Origin: Laetmonice hystrix
Taxonomy: Eukaryota
DNA: 64,000 nucleotides
Reading direction: 5' to 3'
Assembly (NCBI GenBank): GCA_965235115.1
Contig: OZ249452.1
Coordinates: 16,306,001-16,370,000 of the forward strand
Position numbers and translations under genes: made by a program. Under the pieces are notes generated by a model. The model was not told where the DNA came from and did no database searches. It saw nothing but the letters and a program-made list of their open reading frames with translations. Numbering within the stretch: position 1 is the stretch's first letter; each line of letters opens with the position of its first letter. Shown piece after piece: positions 59,751-64,000 of the stretch.

Positions 59751-62700
59751 GCCGCGCATGCGCACTGTGCCGCACGAGGAGGGGACGCTGTGACGCTGAG
59801 TCTTTCATAACTGTGCCGCTAGATGGCGCTTCCGTTTACCGTATATAGCATTGCAGGCTGTTGTTGCAATTTATACGTCGGCAATATTTTGTAAATACAG
59901 GATGTATACGCAACGTCATTTCAAGATCAATTTTAACACCTATGCACATTGGCTCACTGCGTTTTGTTTGGTTGTCAATTGACACTGGGGACACCACGAA
60001 ATGACCTGTTAGTATCACCCACTGAACTGATTAATGAGCTAGGCGGCCTCGAGTGCCTTTCATTGGGATTAAATCTATTGGCGACAAACACAGTGCCAGT
60101 GATTGCGGAATAAATGCTTCTGCGATATAGAATTTGAAATAAAGGGCGATTTTGTAAAATACATGGATTTCACCGTGGAAACTCCTGGTGACGTTTAAAA
60201 AATGTAAATATGTATATTTATAAAGATAGTCGTTAGACCCACTGCAATAAATCGATGGGTTTTTGTTATCGGGCTGGGAGGGACCCCACTCCCAGTTCCA
60301 ACACTCAACTCCCAGATATAACATAACTTTGGCCTATTAAAATCACTATAACTCCACTGCCAACCCGTATCCAGGCCCTATTATACCCACCTCAAAGCAC
60401 CATCCTAGCCTTCATAAGACGTTGTAAGTCACAATACCGCAATAAAGGGTCAATAGTTTCTCAGTCGCCTTCAATCGATGCCCCAATAATACATGGGCCC
60501 TTAGATGGGTGGTCAGCTGTAGCTGGTTGTGTAAGAGGTTCTGACACTTTGAAATAACGTGGATTGTTCATGAGATGAGGGCAGATTTCACAAATTCCCC
60601 CCTTCAACCCCCTGGCTCAGTACAAAAAATACCCCCCCCCCCCCCCAATTAAAACATCATGGTATATAACCTTAGATTTATGTACATTGGCAGGGTTACT
60701 GGACTCATTTGTATAGATTATTACTAGCCCTTGGTTGTTTCCTATAAGTAGTAAGGCAATGACCCCCCCCCCCCCCACCCCGGGCCTACGGGTGATGGGG
60801 TGGGACCTTGGATGTTAGTATTTAAGATTACCTTGTAAATAAAACGCTTTATAAAAAATATATATATAGCATGGAAGGTACCATCTTGATGGCGTTTCCA
60901 ATGACTTGGCTATCAAACCGACCCAGGACAAGTTTTGTCTGTCAAGTAACACTCTTTGGTTAGACTAATATGTTATAGTGACCGGGTCTGAATTCCTAAT
61001 CTTCTAATACGCAATCAATCCTGCAAGTGTTGGCCATTATCCCACAGTATTTAATGTTATCTAGAGGATAAATGGCACATTCCCCAAACTGATTTCCTCT
61101 AACAAATGTCTGTATTTCTCTTCAATGTCCTAATTATTTGATTAATTCAGGACTCATTTGTTATTCTGCGACCCAGCCACCTTAAAGGGGATCTCTAATA
61201 TCCGTGCAGGCTAGGTACATATTCCGGTGTGTAATCGATCACGTGATCAACTTTGACCTCTGACTAAGCCCTGCACACTGAACTCCGGTATGGTGTAACA
61301 AGGCAGAATGTGGAATATCCACTCAATATCCTGAGACTCTTGTCAAAGTAATTCTGAGGTAGCACTAAACATTATAAATATCCTCCTAGCATAGATGTGT
61401 AATCCTGATTGCACAATGAAGGACCTTCTCAAGGGAATCTCCTCTCGCGCGAGAAGAGATATAACGAGAGGCTACGAGATTTCTCACAGAATGATTTAGA
61501 GTTTTAAAGTAGGTTCTCACTCTTTCCAACTCATTGGTAGGCCTGGGTTAGAAGTACTTGGCTTGCTGCAACTCATACCGTTCACCTATCTTCTATCTCA
61601 AGTCAGAAACGTACACTGACAGTGGCCAGCTGTTCTGAAACTGAGTATAATATTCTGACCCTTCTACGCTTATGTTTGGCGAATGTTCTAATGGAAGAAC
61701 CAGCATTGCAGGGGCCATAAAACAGGCCCACAAGCACAGGTCTTTATCAGGCAACCCGGGACCTTCAAATAATTGACTGGACCATGTAAGCAGACGTACG
61801 ACCAACCTCAATAATCTGATCGTGGTCCTGATGTCCTATTCGAGTTATTCGTTTCAACATTTTTCCTGACTGTAACGGCACTCCCATGTTTGACCAATCA
61901 ATTTTGGTGCCAGGTTTCGGCTCTTAACGCACGGATCGATAAAAGGGGACAGACATAATATATATGGCACCACTGTTGGGAAATTGGAGAAGAAAATATT
62001 CTGACTTAGTGTGCATGGTCTCCATTTTAACCGGCACAAAATTACTTTTTTCGTAATCAAAGCAATCCTGTAACATTGTCAAACTCGCCATATGTCACAG
62101 TATCTGGACTTTATTTTTACCCACAGTTCATCAGGTCGCACCAGATTCACCAGGAAGGAATTGTCGGGAGACAACTGGTTTCAAGTCTGGAAGTCGGGCA
62201 GTGTATTATTGTGAATAAAGCCACCATGCCGTGACATTGACTCGGATGTTGACTTTGAACTGTTTACATCCAATAGAAACGACTGTAGCAAGTCTTAGAG
62301 AATTTGACGCCAAACGAACGGGCGGCACCAGGTACGAGGTACCAGGCACAAGGCACCAGGCACAAGGCACTAGGCACCAGACACCAGGCACGTCATTGAT
62401 CTGTCTCCGCATGCGCGTGTTTTTACCTCCACCACGTGATCAAGACGCATGATTCATGGGATACTGTTAGGAGAAACTGATAGCTGAGTGTTACATGTGG
62501 CCCAGACAGTTGGCTATCTTAGACCTATTATAGATAGTGATTTATATACCGTCTCATCCTCACATTAAGAACTGCTTTCCGAGACTTCAGACCATGGGAT
62601 CGACCTCTAACCTTAGCGATAGGACGATACGAGACAGCCTATATCGTATCTCATTGTGAATTATTAGATCTTTGTCCAGGATCTCACATCTTGGTGCCGC

Positions 62701-62772
62701 TCTATGATAGTCTGTCTAATTTGTCACATGGGCAGTTTAGTACACAACATGATAATGTCTTCTGTAGTGAAA

Positions 62773-62984
62773 GGGCCTGGGCACACTAAGCCGATTTACA
62801 TCCGATCGGCCATCCGATTTTCTTAACTTCTGAAATTATTGGTAATTTGTGTCATCAAATCATTAAAGGACATTTAATTTGTAAAGATTAGATATATATT
62901 TTTTGTCGGACGCAAATATCAGATACATTTTATCACCAATCGGATGGCCGATCGGATGTAAATCGGCTTAGTGTGCGAGGGTCC
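62773..62984. mobile_element. ~212-bp MITE with perfect 39-bp subterminal inverted repeat, PIF/Harbinger-like
   Basis: GCACACTAAGCCGATTTACATCCGATCGGCCATCCGATT (62781-62819) and its exact reverse complement (62938-62976); degenerate outer GG(G/A)CC ends flanked by AAA on both sides; AT-rich interior. Confidence 0.8.
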
Positions 62985-64000
62985 AAAGGCAGTGGGCAAG
63001 AATATTACCCCGAGCATATATTAGCAGTGCCAATGCCAGACTTAGAACTTCAGGGGTCAAAGTGGAAGAGTTAACATGAGGGCCAAATTTCTGCCCCATG
63101 CAGGACCGTCGCGCTGTTTATTAGAGTAATACCACAAAGATACGATCACGAGCCAGTGTGAGCCAGTACCTATCCACAAAGTTCATGTTGATGCTGGTGG
63201 TCTCCCTCCTTTGGTGTGATCTGTCGGAAGTTTCATATTTATTTTATAGCAATTAACTTTCCGCCTACTTTTGGAAGTTTGTGTTGTTGTTGTGTTGTTC
63301 ACCGCTTTAAGAAGAAAGTGAAAGGGTGACTAGTTATCCCGAGATATTAATATCGACTCCGGTTTGACACGACCATGGGCAGGACTAACTAGTGCCCAAG
63401 TTGTTACCATCCTACAGTTGAGAACAAATCGATGTTTTTCAATGTATCGTGAGGAAGGACTGGTGTTGGCATTCCATTTGACAAGCTCCCTGTCCACGAC
63501 ACTTTGTATACTACAACTCCATTAGTCAGCAGGGCTAGCCGTGGCTGTTCACCATGTAAAGTGTCAAAAGTCCATTTACAGAATTGGAACCTTCACTGTA
63601 TGAAGACAAGAGGGTGGACAGGACAGCCCAGCCCACTTGGTTCAAACAAAGTGTACATCGATCTCTGACCCTTTAATTAACATAGAATTCAGAGTAACAT
63701 TCCCACGTACTTGGGGGTCTAGGGTTGGGGAAGGAGTAGAGATACGATAGGTTTTTTTTCTTTTCTTTTATTAATTTATTTTTCTTGCCGCGGGGGGGGG
63801 GGGGGTCTAGAAACCAGGGGTAAGGGGTAGCGTTATATATTTGGCGTTAGGGATGGTGAAGAAAATTTAGTTTTTACCACCAAATTTAGTGGCGAAGTTA
63901 TGATTAGGATCTACTGGGACATGCCAACCTTACAAAGCTGATAACAGTTCCAGTTAAATGTCTGGTTGGTTTCGGTTTTAAAAGAAACCATCTCTTTATA

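Noticed and set aside
5960-62030. TCF/LEF sites (CTTTGAT/ATCAAAG) as Wnt autoregulation
   Set aside because: About a dozen scattered 7-mers is near chance expectation for 64 kb on two strands; no clear clustering.
62560-62640. tRNA gene or tRNA-SINE head (minus strand AAGGTTAGAGGTCGATCCC)
   Set aside because: Only a partial B-box resemblance; no A-box or cloverleaf could be built.

Overview
Eukaryotic (animal, probably invertebrate bilaterian; taxon not determinable here) genomic DNA containing the ancient Wnt cluster core, arranged Wnt1(+) > < Wnt6(-) ... Wnt10(+) >. Wnt1 is 5'-truncated (last three coding exons, 2179-7543). Wnt6 (five coding exons, 21586-11223, 337 aa) and Wnt10 (five coding exons, 36860-59750, 353 aa) can be assembled completely by hand with phase-compatible GT-AG junctions, signal peptides, 24 mature cysteines each and an intact CKCHG(M/L)SGSC lipidation motif. 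Several exons are absent from the supplied ORF track. Introns and the intergenic spacer are packed with minisatellites (19-66 bp units), microsatellites, two clear hairpin MITEs with 3-bp TSDs, decayed TE relics and six N-gaps. Most interesting unexplained signals: (1) about 28 CTCF-like motifs, found by eye, whose orientation switches in blocks, giving a convergent/divergent loop-like architecture that would separate Wnt1+Wnt6 from Wnt10; (2) back-to-back poly(A) signals implying overlapping Wnt1/Wnt6 3' ends; (3) minisatellites that are homotypic arrays of AP-1, ETS, RUNX and NR5A motifs; (4) extra introns and tandem in-frame splice donors. Gene structures are well supported by sequence; all regulatory interpretations are inference and no database search was run.
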